A DNA stretch of 64,000 nt from an uncultured Gemmatimonadales bacterium (GTDB taxonomy: Bacteria > Gemmatimonadota > Gemmatimonadetes > Longimicrobiales > RSA9). The stretch lies in NCBI GenBank assembly GCA_963708135.1, contig OY970192.1:3776001-3840000 (forward strand). The letters run 5' to 3'. The notes beneath the pieces are model-generated. The model searched no databases, was not told the DNA's origin, and worked only from the letters and a program-made list of their open reading frames with translations. Made by a program: the position numbers and the translations under genes. Below, one piece after another: positions 8,759 through 18,309 of this stretch (position 1 is its first letter; each line of letters opens with the position of its first letter).

Positions 8759-10780
8759 ATGAGACCGACCATCCACGGCCTGCTGGCCGCGGCCTTCCTG
8801 CTCTCGACCGCGGGCGGGGCGGCCGCGCAGGCGCAGTCGGCGCAGCGCGCGGCGGCCGCGGCGACGCCGCACGTCGCCGCCGGCGACACCTCGATCTTCG
8901 CGCCGCTCGACCTCGGGCCCTCGCCCAGCGAGTTCCGCCTGGGCTCGGGCGAGCCGGGGCCGAAGTACTGGCAGAACCGCGCCGACTACGACCTTGCGGC
9001 CGTCGTGGACACGGCCGCCGGAACGGTGAGCGGCACCATGAAGCTGCGCTACACCAACAACTCGCCCGTGCCGCTCTCCTACGTCTGGTTCCAGACGGAG
9101 CAGAACGCCTTCAAGCCCGGCTCGCTGAACTCCTTCTACTATCCGGAGAATTCGCGCTTCGGCGGGCGCGGCTTCGAGGGCGGCGACGTGTTCGACCGCT
9201 TCGAGGTGACGCTCCCCGGCGGCGCCGCGGCGGCCGTGAAGCCGCGCGTGGAGGGGACGGTGAGCCGGGTCGAGCTGCCGAAGCCGCTCGAGCCCGGCAA
9301 GACGGCGGTGTTCGACGTCGCCTGGCACTTCGAGGTGCCGGAGCACGGCGCCGACCGCATGGGGCGCGATGGCGCGCTCTACGAGGTCGCGCAGTGGTAC
9401 CCGCGCGTGAACGTGTTCGACGACGTGAAGGGGTGGAACACGGAGCCCTACCTGGGACAGGGAGAGTTCTACCTCGAGTACGGCGACTTCGACCTGGCCG
9501 TCACCGTGCCGGCCGGCTACATCGTGGCCGCCACGGGCACGCTCGAGAACCCGCAGGAGGTGCTCACGTCGGCCGAGATCGCGCGGCTGAAGGAGGCGGC
9601 GGGGTCATCGAAGCCGGTCCACATCGTGACCGCGGCCGAGCTCCAGAGCGGCGCCGCGCGCCCGAAGAAGGGCGGCACGCTGACCTGGCACTTCAAGTCG
9701 GAGAACGTCCGCGACGCCGTCTTTGCCGCCTCGCCCGACTACGAGTGGGACGCCGAGGGCTGGAACGGCAGGCTGGCGCAGGCCTACTACCGGCCGAGCG
9801 CGGCGGACACCTGGCAGGACGCGGCCGACCAGGCGCGCATGTCGATCCAGGAGTACTCGGAGCGCTGGTACCCGTACCCGTGGCCGCAGATCTCGGCGGT
9901 CGAGGGGCCGATCAGCGGGATGGAGTACCCGATGCTCGCCATGGAAACGCACAACCGGGACGTGTACTGGCTTTACAACGTGGTGACGCACGAGATCGGG
10001 CACGACTGGTTCCCGATGCTGGTCGGCTCCAACGAGCGCACGCACTTCTGGCAGGACGAGGGCTTCAACACCTTCATCAACACCTTCTCCGAGGCGCGCC
10101 GCTACCCCGACAAGGGGACGCAGCAGGAGCGGATGGCGCGCGCACGGTCGCAGGTCGAGCAGGTCATGGCGCGCGGCATCCCGACGCTCATCGAGGAGCC
10201 CGCGGACCGCGTGAACCCGCGCCTGCTCGGGATCACGGAGTACACGAAGACCTCGGTGGGGCTGGGGCTCCTGCGCGATGAGATCCTCGGGCCCGAGATC
10301 TTCGACGACGCCTTCCGCACCTACATCCGGCGCTGGGCGTTCAAGCACCCGACGCCCACGGACTTCTTCCGCACGATGGAGGACGCCAGCGGAAAGCAGC
10401 TCCAGTGGTTCTGGCGCGAGTGGTTCCTCGAGGACGCCCACTTCGACCAGACCGTGGACACCGTGGCCACGCGCATGCAGGGCGACACGGAGCAGGTGGC
10501 CGTGATGTACGGCAACCGCGCGCGCGGCGTGCTGCCGATCCGCGCGACGTTCACCTTCAGCGACGGCAGCACGCAGGAGCTCGACTACCCGGCGCTGGTC
10601 TGGGCGTCGAACAGCGCGCACTACGTGCGGGAGTACACGTTCACGGGCAAGACGCTCGCCAGGATCGAGCTCGACCCCGACCACCGGCTGGTGGACGTGG
10701 ACCGCTCGAACAACACGTGGACTGCGCCTTCGGGCAACGCCGCAAGCGACGGCTCCGGCCCGCCTCCCTCGCGCCCGTAA
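8759..10780 (+). CDS. Secreted M1-family zinc aminopeptidase
   Basis: Signal peptide; YWQNRADY; GMEYP; HEIGH..WF..QDEGFN zinc motif; RWAFKHPTP.DFFRTMED. Confidence 0.9.
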   Translation: MRPTIHGLLAAAFLLSTAGGAAAQAQSAQRAAAAATPHVAAGDTSIFAPLDLGPSPSEFRLGSGEPGPKYWQNRADYDLAAVVDTAAGTVSGTMKLRYTNNSPVPLSYVWFQTEQNAFKPGSLNSFYYPENSRFGGRGFEGGDVFDRFEVTLPGGAAAAVKPRVEGTVSRVELPKPLEPGKTAVFDVAWHFEVPEHGADRMGRDGALYEVAQWYPRVNVFDDVKGWNTEPYLGQGEFYLEYGDFDLAVTVPAGYIVAATGTLENPQEVLTSAEIARLKEAAGSSKPVHIVTAAELQSGAARPKKGGTLTWHFKSENVRDAVFAASPDYEWDAEGWNGRLAQAYYRPSAADTWQDAADQARMSIQEYSERWYPYPWPQISAVEGPISGMEYPMLAMETHNRDVYWLYNVVTHEIGHDWFPMLVGSNERTHFWQDEGFNTFINTFSEARRYPDKGTQQERMARARSQVEQVMARGIPTLIEEPADRVNPRLLGITEYTKTSVGLGLLRDEILGPEIFDDAFRTYIRRWAFKHPTPTDFFRTMEDASGKQLQWFWREWFLEDAHFDQTVDTVATRMQGDTEQVAVMYGNRARGVLPIRATFTFSDGSTQELDYPALVWASNSAHYVREYTFTGKTLARIELDPDHRLVDVDRSNNTWTAPSGNAASDGSGPPPSRP

Positions 10781-10798
10781 CCCGCCCGGCGGACGACC

Positions 10799-10823
10799 GC
10801 CCCGGGGGCTCGTCCCCCGGGGC
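10799..10823 (+). terminator. GC hairpin after the M1 peptidase (possible terminator, no U-tract)
   Basis: GCCCCGGGGG-CTCGT-CCCCCGGGGC, perfect 10-bp stem. Confidence 0.4.
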
Positions 10824-10895
10824 ACCTCCCACCGAAACCCTTGCCCCGCAGCGGCGGCCCGCCACATCCTGGCCTCACCCCTACCGGAGGTTCGA

Positions 10896-11474
10896 TTGGC
10901 CTCGCGCGAGGAGATCCCCCGACTGGTCCAGGAATGGAGCGACGGCAGCCAGGTCGCGTTCGACCGCCTGGTGACGCTGCTCTACGACGATCTCCGCGAC
11001 CTCGCCCACGCGCACCTGCGCGGCGAGCGGGCGGGCCACACCCTCGACACCACCGCACTCGTGCACGAGGCGTACGTCCAGCTCGCCGGCAACACAGGTC
11101 CGAGCTGGCGGGGACGGGCCCGTTTCTTCGCTTTCCTCTCCAGGGTGATGCGCCACGTGCTCGTGGACTACGCCCGGCGCCGGGGCGCCGCCAAGCGCGG
11201 TGGCGACGCGGTGCGCGTCTCGCTCGAGACGTCGCAGCCGGGGCTGGACTCGGGCGTCGTCGAGCTGCTCGAGCTGAACGAGGCGCTCGAGCGTCTCGCG
11301 CAGAAGGACGCGCAGCTCGCCACGATCGTCGAATGCCGCTTCTTCGGCGGGCTCACGAACGCCGACACGGCCGAGGCGCTCGGCGTCTCCGAGCGCACGA
11401 TCGAGCGCGGCTGGCGGCGCGCGCGGGCGTACCTGTTCAGGATGCTCGCTCCGGAAGTCGTCCAGGACGAGTAG
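10896..11474 (+). CDS. ECF sigma factor, kinase-associated (ECF43/TIGR02999-like)
   Basis: LYDDLRDLA..HTLDTTALVHEAY..MRHVLVDYAR..KRGG..RFFGGLT..TAEALGVSERTIER; TTG start. Confidence 0.9.
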   Translation: MASREEIPRLVQEWSDGSQVAFDRLVTLLYDDLRDLAHAHLRGERAGHTLDTTALVHEAYVQLAGNTGPSWRGRARFFAFLSRVMRHVLVDYARRRGAAKRGGDAVRVSLETSQPGLDSGVVELLELNEALERLAQKDAQLATIVECRFFGGLTNADTAEALGVSERTIERGWRRARAYLFRMLAPEVVQDE

Positions 11475-11499
11475 TCCCGCCTCCAAAGCGACGGTGCCC

Positions 11500-14109
11500 A
11501 TGCGAGACACCGATCCGGGTCAGCGGCAGTGGGAGGAGGTCAACCGGCTCTTCGCGGCCGCGCTCGACCTGCCGCCCGACCGGCGCGAGGCCTTCCTCGA
11601 TGAGCGCTGCGGCGCCGATTTCGAGACGCGCGCCGCCGTGCTCTCCCTGCTGCGGGCGGAGCGCGACTCCGAGGGGCTTTTCGAGGCGCCCGATGTGGCC
11701 ACCGCGCGCGAGGCGCTCCGGGAGCTCGCCTCGGGCGCGGAGCCCGCCGTCGAGACCGGCGGCCTCGAGCGCGTGGGCCCGTACCGGCTGGTGCGCCGGA
11801 TCGGCCGCGGCGGGATGGGCTCCGTCTTCCTGGCCGAGCGTGAAGGCGCCGACTTCGAGCAGCGCGTGGCCGTGAAGCTGCTCCGCCGCGGCATGGACAC
11901 GGACGACGTCGTGCGCCGCTTTCTCACCGAGCGCCGCATCCTCGCCGCGCTCAAGCACCCCAACATCGCACACCTCTACGACGGCGGCTCGACCGACGAC
12001 GGCCAGCCGTTCCTCGTCATGGAGTATGTCAACGGCGCGCCGATCACCGAGTATTGCGACGCGGGGCGCCTGCCGCTCCCGCGCCGCCTCGACCTCTTCC
12101 TGCGCGTGGCCGACGCCGTCCGCTACGCCCACGCACAACTCGTCATCCACCGCGACCTCAAGCCCTCCAACATCCTGGTCACCCGCGAGGGACGCGTGAA
12201 GCTGCTCGACTTCGGCATCGCCAGGATCCTCGATCCCGCCGAAGGCGACGATGCCGCGCCGCTCACCCGCACCGGCCTGCGCGTGCTCACGCCCGAGTAC
12301 GCCAGCCCCGAGCAGCTCTCGGGCACGGCGATCACGACCGCGTCGGACGTCTACCAGCTCGGCATCCTGCTCTTCGTCCTCCTCACCGGCCGCCGCCCCT
12401 TCGGCCGCCGTCGTACCCGCACGCCCACCGCCGCGCCGGAGGCGGAGCTCACCGCCGAGCGCGCCAGCGCCGTCGTCGCTTCGGGCGAGGATGCCGCGCG
12501 CCTCGGGCGGCTGCGGGGCACTACGCCGGAGCGGCTGCGCCGCGCGCTGCGCGGTGATCTCGACACCATCGTCCAGAAGGCGCTGCGCGAGGAGCCGGAG
12601 CGCCGCTACACCTCCGTCGAGCAGCTCGCCGACGACGTCCGCCGCCACCTCGACGGCCGTCCCGTTCGCGCCCGGCCCGACACGCTCCGCTACCGGACCG
12701 CCACATTCCTCCGCCGCCACCGCTGGGTGGCGCCGGTCGCCGTCTCGGCGCTGGTCTCGCTCGCCCTCTACGTGGGCGGCTCGGTGCGGAACGCGAGACG
12801 GCTCGAGCGCGAGCGCGACCGGGCGGAGCAGGCGGCGGTTCTCGCGCGCCGCGAGGCCGCGACCGCCCGCGCCGTCACCGACTTCCTGACCGGCCTCTTC
12901 CGCAGCGCCGATCCCCAGCGGATGGCCGGCGACACGGTCTCGTTGCTGGGCGTCGTGCAGCGGGGCGCCGTTCGGATCCGCACCCGGCTCGGCGGACAGC
13001 CGTACGTCCGTGCCGAGCTCCTGCGCGCCCTGGGCGAAGCGTTTTCCGGCCTGGGGCGCTTCGACCAGGCGGACTCCCTCCTGAACGAGGCGGTCGGCCT
13101 GGCGCGCGGCGACCCGGCCCCGGACAGCGCCCTGTCGATCCAGGTCCTCCGCAGCCTCGGCAGCAACGATCTCGCGGCCGATGACTACCTCGCCGCCGAC
13201 ACCGTCCTTCGGCACCTCCTGGCGGACCAGCTCGGACGGCCCGGACCGTCCGACACGGCCATCGCTTCCATCCTCGTGGACCTGGCAAACGCGCGGACGT
13301 ACCTCGGACCGGCAGATTCCGCCGTCGCGCTCGCCCGCCGCGCCGTAGCCCTGCACCGCGCCGCCGGCGACACGACGGGCAGGGGCTTCCTGGACAGCCT
13401 GGAGGCGCTCGGGCCCGCGCTCCGCGCGGCCGGCGCGCTCGATTCCGCCGAGGCCGTCTACCGCGACGTGCTGGACCGCGAGATCGTCCGCTTCGGCGCC
13501 ACCGATCTGCGCGTTGCCGTGACCGAGAACAACCTCGGCTACCTCCTCCGCACCCGCGGCGATTTCGAGGCCGCCGCGCTCCACTACCGCCGCGCGCTCG
13601 GAGTCGTGGAGGGCGCCCTCGGCCCGGACCACCCGCTCGCGATCCGGACACGCGGGAACCTGGGCGGCGCGCTCGAGGGGCTCGGCCGCCTGGACGAGGT
13701 CGAGGCCCTGGTCCGGAAGCAGATCGCGATCGCCGAGGCGCGCTGGCCGGAGGGCCACTGGCGCGTCGGCGAGCAGTACAGCGTGCTCGGACGTCTCTTC
13801 CTGCGCCACGATCGCTACGCCAATGCCGTCGCCCCCCTCCGCGCCGCATTCCGCAGCTACAGCGGTGCGCTCGGCCCGCGGCACGAGTGGACGCTGGTTG
13901 CACGCACGTGGCACGGGGCGGCGCTGCTGCTCGCCGGCAGAAGCGCCGAGGCGGAGGCCGCTCTTGGCCCCTCGTACCGCGTGCTACGCGGCCGGACCGC
14001 GGGCCTGGGGCGGGGCACGCGCTTTCAGCTGGGCGCGGTGGCCGATCTGCTCGAGGCGCACGGCCACCTCGACCGGGCTCGGCGCTACCGGCGGCTGCTC
14101 CAGGACTGA
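11500..14109 (+). CDS. Membrane Ser/Thr protein kinase with C-terminal TPR repeats
   Basis: GRGGMGSV, VAVK, HRDLKPSN, DFGIA, TPEYASPEQ; one TM; TPR-like repeats (NNLGYLL..ALGPDHP). Confidence 0.93.
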   Translation: MRDTDPGQRQWEEVNRLFAAALDLPPDRREAFLDERCGADFETRAAVLSLLRAERDSEGLFEAPDVATAREALRELASGAEPAVETGGLERVGPYRLVRRIGRGGMGSVFLAEREGADFEQRVAVKLLRRGMDTDDVVRRFLTERRILAALKHPNIAHLYDGGSTDDGQPFLVMEYVNGAPITEYCDAGRLPLPRRLDLFLRVADAVRYAHAQLVIHRDLKPSNILVTREGRVKLLDFGIARILDPAEGDDAAPLTRTGLRVLTPEYASPEQLSGTAITTASDVYQLGILLFVLLTGRRPFGRRRTRTPTAAPEAELTAERASAVVASGEDAARLGRLRGTTPERLRRALRGDLDTIVQKALREEPERRYTSVEQLADDVRRHLDGRPVRARPDTLRYRTATFLRRHRWVAPVAVSALVSLALYVGGSVRNARRLERERDRAEQAAVLARREAATARAVTDFLTGLFRSADPQRMAGDTVSLLGVVQRGAVRIRTRLGGQPYVRAELLRALGEAFSGLGRFDQADSLLNEAVGLARGDPAPDSALSIQVLRSLGSNDLAADDYLAADTVLRHLLADQLGRPGPSDTAIASILVDLANARTYLGPADSAVALARRAVALHRAAGDTTGRGFLDSLEALGPALRAAGALDSAEAVYRDVLDREIVRFGATDLRVAVTENNLGYLLRTRGDFEAAALHYRRALGVVEGALGPDHPLAIRTRGNLGGALEGLGRLDEVEALVRKQIAIAEARWPEGHWRVGEQYSVLGRLFLRHDRYANAVAPLRAAFRSYSGALGPRHEWTLVARTWHGAALLLAGRSAEAEAALGPSYRVLRGRTAGLGRGTRFQLGAVADLLEAHGHLDRARRYRRLLQD

Positions 14110-14328
14110 TCCGGGACCGTCCGCCCTCCGGGCACGTCCTGCCCGCCCCTCCTCCCCACGCCCCCGGGCGCTCCGGCCCGGCACCGGCGAGCGTGATGGC
14201 CCGTGACAGAGGGCACGAGGTCCGCGCATCTTCAGCGGGTCGCGCCGCACCCGGTCGGCTCCTGACGGCCGGGCCGCGGCCGCCGGCGTGACCGCCGGCG
14301 TGGAATCCGGTGCTCGACGGGAGCGGCA

Positions 14329-14709
14329 GTGGCGGGACGCGAAGGCTGGCGTACGATCGAGGTGGACGGCTTCGAGGTGCTGGTGGGGAAGAGCGCCCGG
14401 GACAACGACCGGCTTTCCCTGCGCATCGCCGACCCGCGCGACTTCTGGTTGCACGCGGCCGGCTTCGCCGGCAGCCACGTGGTGGTGCGCAATCCGGACG
14501 CGCTGCCGGCGCTGCCGCGCGAGACCCTCGAGCGCGTGGCCGCGCTCGCGGCGTTCCACTCCAGGGCCAGGAACGCGCGCGGCAAGGTCGCGGTGCACGC
14601 CTGCCGCGCCGCCGACGTCCGCAAGCCGCGCGGCGCACCCGCCGGGCAGGTCGAGCTCAGGCGATGGGAGAGCGTCAAGGTGTACCCGCGCGATGTGGAG
14701 GGCGCCTGA
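14329..14709 (+). CDS. Stand-alone NFACT-R (DUF814) RNA-binding domain protein
   Basis: GFEVLVGKSARDNDRL, DFWLHAAGFAGSHVVVR, AALAAFHSRAR, VRKPRGAPAGQV. Followed by a hairpin at 14747-14772. Confidence 0.85.
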   Translation: MAGREGWRTIEVDGFEVLVGKSARDNDRLSLRIADPRDFWLHAAGFAGSHVVVRNPDALPALPRETLERVAALAAFHSRARNARGKVAVHACRAADVRKPRGAPAGQVELRRWESVKVYPRDVEGA

Positions 14710-14778
14710 GTCCGCCGCCGCGGCCGACCCTGTTGCGGCGGGCGACGGGGGGCGGAGCGCTCGCCGCCCCCCCGGGAT

Positions 14779-15069
14779 GAGAAGTCGAGCGCGTCCCATT
14801 TCCTGTGGGCGCCATCTCCGACACCCTCACCTATACCGTCACCGTGACGAACAACGGCCTGGTGGCGGTCACGCTGGACCGGCACGTGCGCGACCGGCGG
14901 CACGATCGCCGCCAACGGCACCTATCAATGCTCGTTCCAGAAGACCCTGAGCGGCGCGCCGGGCGGCTCGCAGACCAACATCGTGACCGCCAAGGCGTCG
15001 GATGACGACGGCAACCCCGCCACCGCTACCGCCAGCGTCACGGTGACGTACGGCGGCGGCTCGCCATAA
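14779..15069 (+). pseudogene. Remnant of a secreted Ig-like repeat protein (DUF7507/DUF11-like)
   Basis: DTLTYTVTVTNNGLVAVTLD in one frame, then TGTCATGGTIAANGTYQCSF..TNIVTAKASDDDGNPATATASVTV..stop in another frame from 14878. No convincing start or signal peptide. Confidence 0.65.
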
Positions 15070-15080
15070 CCTTCCCCGGA

Positions 15081-15114
15081 GTGGGCGCGGCGCGCAGTCT
15101 GGCGCCGCGCCCAC
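15081..15114 (+). terminator. 13-bp stem hairpin after the remnant's stop codon
   Basis: GTGGGCGCGGCGC-N8-GCGCCGCGCCCAC. Confidence 0.45.
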
Positions 15115-15365
15115 CCCGCTCCACCCGGCGGCTGGCTATTGCCCGCCGCCCCCGCCCTCTCCTCGCCGTTGCCGTTTCGGCCACGAGGAGATCCAGCTCC
15201 GAGCGCGGCTCGTAGCCGGCCATGGCGTCTGGCGCCGACCGGACGACTGAATCGACCCGCTGACTGTGGCTCCATGGCCCGATCCGCCGCGTGCGCCTGT
15301 CCAGCACGATGCGGACGAACTGACCGCCTTCCCTCGGCAGGAGGGCGACGGCACCCGCGTCCGCC

Positions 15366-15394
15366 TTGACTTCCCCGCTCCCCGGCGAGACCAT
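15366..15394 (+). promoter_or_regulatory. Putative sigma70 promoter of the aminotransferase-putP operon
   Basis: TTGACT-N17-GACCAT; GGGAG RBS before ATG 15434. Confidence 0.4.
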
Positions 15395-15433
15395 GGCCTC
15401 AGCCGCCAGCCCACCCGAGCCCGGGAGTCTTCC

Positions 15434-16774
15434 ATGCCGGACGCCATGCTGGAATCCGCGCCGTCGGCCGCGAGCCTCGTCGCGGAGCAGAGCAGCTACA
15501 TCTTCCCCGCCGTCAAGCCGTACTACCGCGAGCCGCTGGTCCTGACGGAGGGCCAGGGCGTCTGGGCGCGGGACGCGGCGGGCACGGAGTACCTCGACCT
15601 CTTCGCCGGCATCCTCACCACGAGCCTCGGCCACTGCCATCCGGCGGTCGTCGAGGCCGTGCGCGAGCAGGCGGGGCGGCTCGGGCACACCTCGACCCTC
15701 TACGTGACCGAGCCGCAGGTCGAGGCGGCCCGCCGCCTGGCCGCGATCGCGCCGGGCGCGCTGCAGAAGACCTTCTTCACCAACAGCGGCACGGAGGCGA
15801 TCGAGACCGCCATCACCGCGGCCCGGCTCTACACGGGCCGGACCGAGGTGGTGGCGCTGCGCCTGGCGTACCACGGGCGCAGCGCGCTGGCGACGTCGCT
15901 CACCGCGCACGCGCCATGGCGGCCGCTCCCGGCGCCCGCGGCCGGGTTCACGCACGCCCTCTCGCCCTACCCCTACCGGTGCCCGTTCCGTCAGCCGTGC
16001 GACGAGGGCTGCGTCGAGCGCTTCGCGGATGATGTCGAGCAGGCCATCCGGACCACCACCAACGGGCGGCCGGCCGCGTTCATCGCCGAGACGATCCAGG
16101 GCGTGGGCGGCTACATCGTGCCGCCGCCGGGCTACTTCCAGCGCGTGGCCGAGATCATCCACGCCTTCGGCGGCCTGCTCATCATCGACGAGGTGCAGGC
16201 GGGCTTTGGCCGCACCGGCGATCACTGGTTCGGCATCGAGCACTGGGGCGTCGAGCCCGACATCATGGTCATGGCCAAGGGGATCGCCGGCGGCCTGCCC
16301 GTGGGCGCCACCATCGCGCGCGACGAGATCGCCGATGCCTGGACGGCCAAGACGATCTCGACCTTCGGCGGCAACCCGATCAGCATGGCCGCCATGAGCG
16401 CCACGCTCGACGTCATGGTGGCCGAGGACGTGCCCGCCCGCGCCGCCGAGCGCGGCGCCCAGCTGCGAGCGGGCCTCGAGACGCTGGCCGAGCGCTACCC
16501 CTGGATCGGCGACGCCCGCGGCATGGGCCTCATGCAGGCGCTCGAGCTGGTGCGCGACCCGGCGACGAAGGAGCCGGACGCCAGGCGCGCGGCCGCGCTC
16601 CTGGAGGCGACGCGCGAGGAGCGCGTGCTGGTCGGCCTGGGCGGGCTCTTCGGCAACGTCGTGCGCATCGGCCCCTCGCTCCTCATCACGGAGGAGGAGA
16701 CGGCGGAGGGGATCGCCCGCCTCGGGCGCGCCTGCGAGCGCGCGGACCGCGAGGGATCGGCAGCCGCGCGGTGA
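15434..16774 (+). CDS. Class III PLP aminotransferase (4-aminobutyrate/AGXT2-like)
   Basis: YLDLFAGI, FFTNSGTEA, AYHGRS, FIAETIQGVGG, IIDEVQAGFGRTG, MAKGIAGG (PLP Lys), STFGGNP. Confidence 0.92.
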   Translation: MPDAMLESAPSAASLVAEQSSYIFPAVKPYYREPLVLTEGQGVWARDAAGTEYLDLFAGILTTSLGHCHPAVVEAVREQAGRLGHTSTLYVTEPQVEAARRLAAIAPGALQKTFFTNSGTEAIETAITAARLYTGRTEVVALRLAYHGRSALATSLTAHAPWRPLPAPAAGFTHALSPYPYRCPFRQPCDEGCVERFADDVEQAIRTTTNGRPAAFIAETIQGVGGYIVPPPGYFQRVAEIIHAFGGLLIIDEVQAGFGRTGDHWFGIEHWGVEPDIMVMAKGIAGGLPVGATIARDEIADAWTAKTISTFGGNPISMAAMSATLDVMVAEDVPARAAERGAQLRAGLETLAERYPWIGDARGMGLMQALELVRDPATKEPDARRAAALLEATREERVLVGLGGLFGNVVRIGPSLLITEEETAEGIARLGRACERADREGSAAAR

Positions 16775-18294
16775 GCGGCCGGCCGGCGATCATCGGCGTC
16801 GTCGTCGCCTACCTGCTGGTCCTGCTGGGGGTCGGCCTCTGGGGCAGCCGCGACAGCGCCACGGTGCGGGACTACTTCGTGGCGGGGAAGAAGCTGCCCT
16901 CCTGGGTGATCGCCTTCAGCTCGAACGCGACCGGCGAGAGCGCGTGGCTGCTGCTCGGGCTCACGGGGATGGGCTACGCCATCGGCGTGCACGCGCTCTG
17001 GATCATCGTGGGCGAGGTCTCGGGGGTGGCGGCGTCGTGGGCGTTCGTGGCGCGGCCGTTCAAGGCCTACACGGACCGCTACGACTCGATCACCATCCCG
17101 GACTACCTGACCGACCGGTTCCAGGACCGCCGCCACGTCTTCCGGCTGCTCAGCGCCGTGATCATCCTGGCCATGGTCGCCGCCTACACGGCCGCGCAGC
17201 TCACGGCCACCGGCAAGGCGTTCCACTCCTTCCTCGGCACCAGCTACACGGCGGGCGTCTGGATCGGCACGGTGGTCGTGCTCTTCTACACGAGCGTCGG
17301 CGGCTTCAAGGCGGTGGCGTACACGGACCTGCTCCAGGGGCTGCTGATGCTCGGCTGCCTGCTCACGCTTCCCGTCGTCGGCATTGCCGCCGTGGGCGGC
17401 TGGGGCCCGCTCGTGGCCGGGCTCCGCGCCGCCGACCCGGCGCTGCTGCGGCCGATGGGCTCCTTCGGCCTCTCGCTCGCCGGCGTGATCAGCGCGGCGG
17501 GCTTCGTCGGCATCGGACTGGCGTTTCTCGGCGCGCCGCAGCTGCTCATCCGCTTCATGGCCGCACGCGACATGCGCCAGATCGTCCAGGCCGGTCCGAT
17601 CGCCGTGCTGTGCGTGGCCGGCTTCGATGTCGGCGCGGTCCTGGCCGGCATGGCCGGCCGGGTGCTGTTCCCCGCGCTGGCGGACCCGGAGACGGTGCTG
17701 CCGCGCATGAGCGGCGCGCTGCTGCCGTCGCTCTTCACGGGGCTGTTCCTCGTGGCGGTGCTCGCCGCCATCATGTCCACGGTCAACTCGCTGCTGATCA
17801 TGGCGTCGTCGTCCGTGGTCCGGGACGTCATCCAGAAGATCCTGCGGCCCGACCTGGCCGAGCGCTCGCTCTCCACCGTGGGCAAGCTCGTGACCGTGGT
17901 GCTCGGCGCCGTGGCGGCCGCGTTCGCGCTCGCGCAGGCGCGCATGATCTTCTGGTTCGTGCTCTTCGCCTGGTCCGGCCTGGCCTGCGCCTTCACGCCG
18001 GTCGTGCTCTGCTCCCTCTTCTGGAAGCGGACCACGCGCGCCGGCGCCGTCGCCGGCATGGCCGGCGGCTTCCTCGCCACGGTCCTATGGGCCACGCTGC
18101 TCAAGGCCCACTTCTACAACCTTTACGAGATGCTGCCGGGCTTCGCGGTCGGCTTCGCGCTCACCATCGTGGTCAGCCTGCTGACGCGCCCGCCGGAGGG
18201 GGCGGCAGCGGAGATGGAGGCAGTAAGAGCCGACGCCGGCATGCGGCCGCGCCGCCAACGCGCCCGAGACGCCGTGGTCATGCCGGCCCCCTGA
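16771..18294 (+). CDS. putP: Sodium:solute symporter, PutP (Na+/proline)-like
   Basis: DYFVAGKKL, TGESAWLLLGL, YTSVGGFKAVAYTD, GAPQLLIRFMA, AAIMSTVNSLL, FAWSGL; GTGA overlap with the aminotransferase. Confidence 0.85.
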   Translation: MSGRPAIIGVVVAYLLVLLGVGLWGSRDSATVRDYFVAGKKLPSWVIAFSSNATGESAWLLLGLTGMGYAIGVHALWIIVGEVSGVAASWAFVARPFKAYTDRYDSITIPDYLTDRFQDRRHVFRLLSAVIILAMVAAYTAAQLTATGKAFHSFLGTSYTAGVWIGTVVVLFYTSVGGFKAVAYTDLLQGLLMLGCLLTLPVVGIAAVGGWGPLVAGLRAADPALLRPMGSFGLSLAGVISAAGFVGIGLAFLGAPQLLIRFMAARDMRQIVQAGPIAVLCVAGFDVGAVLAGMAGRVLFPALADPETVLPRMSGALLPSLFTGLFLVAVLAAIMSTVNSLLIMASSSVVRDVIQKILRPDLAERSLSTVGKLVTVVLGAVAAAFALAQARMIFWFVLFAWSGLACAFTPVVLCSLFWKRTTRAGAVAGMAGGFLATVLWATLLKAHFYNLYEMLPGFAVGFALTIVVSLLTRPPEGAAAEMEAVRADAGMRPRRQRARDAVVMPAP

Positions 18295-18309
18295 CCCGCC
18301 GCAACGCCA

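Noticed and set aside
8481..8762. 93-aa ORF between KirBac and the M1 peptidase
   Set aside because: Only a short IEVMNADDSN stretch resembles a TolB-type blade; too weak to call a gene or remnant.
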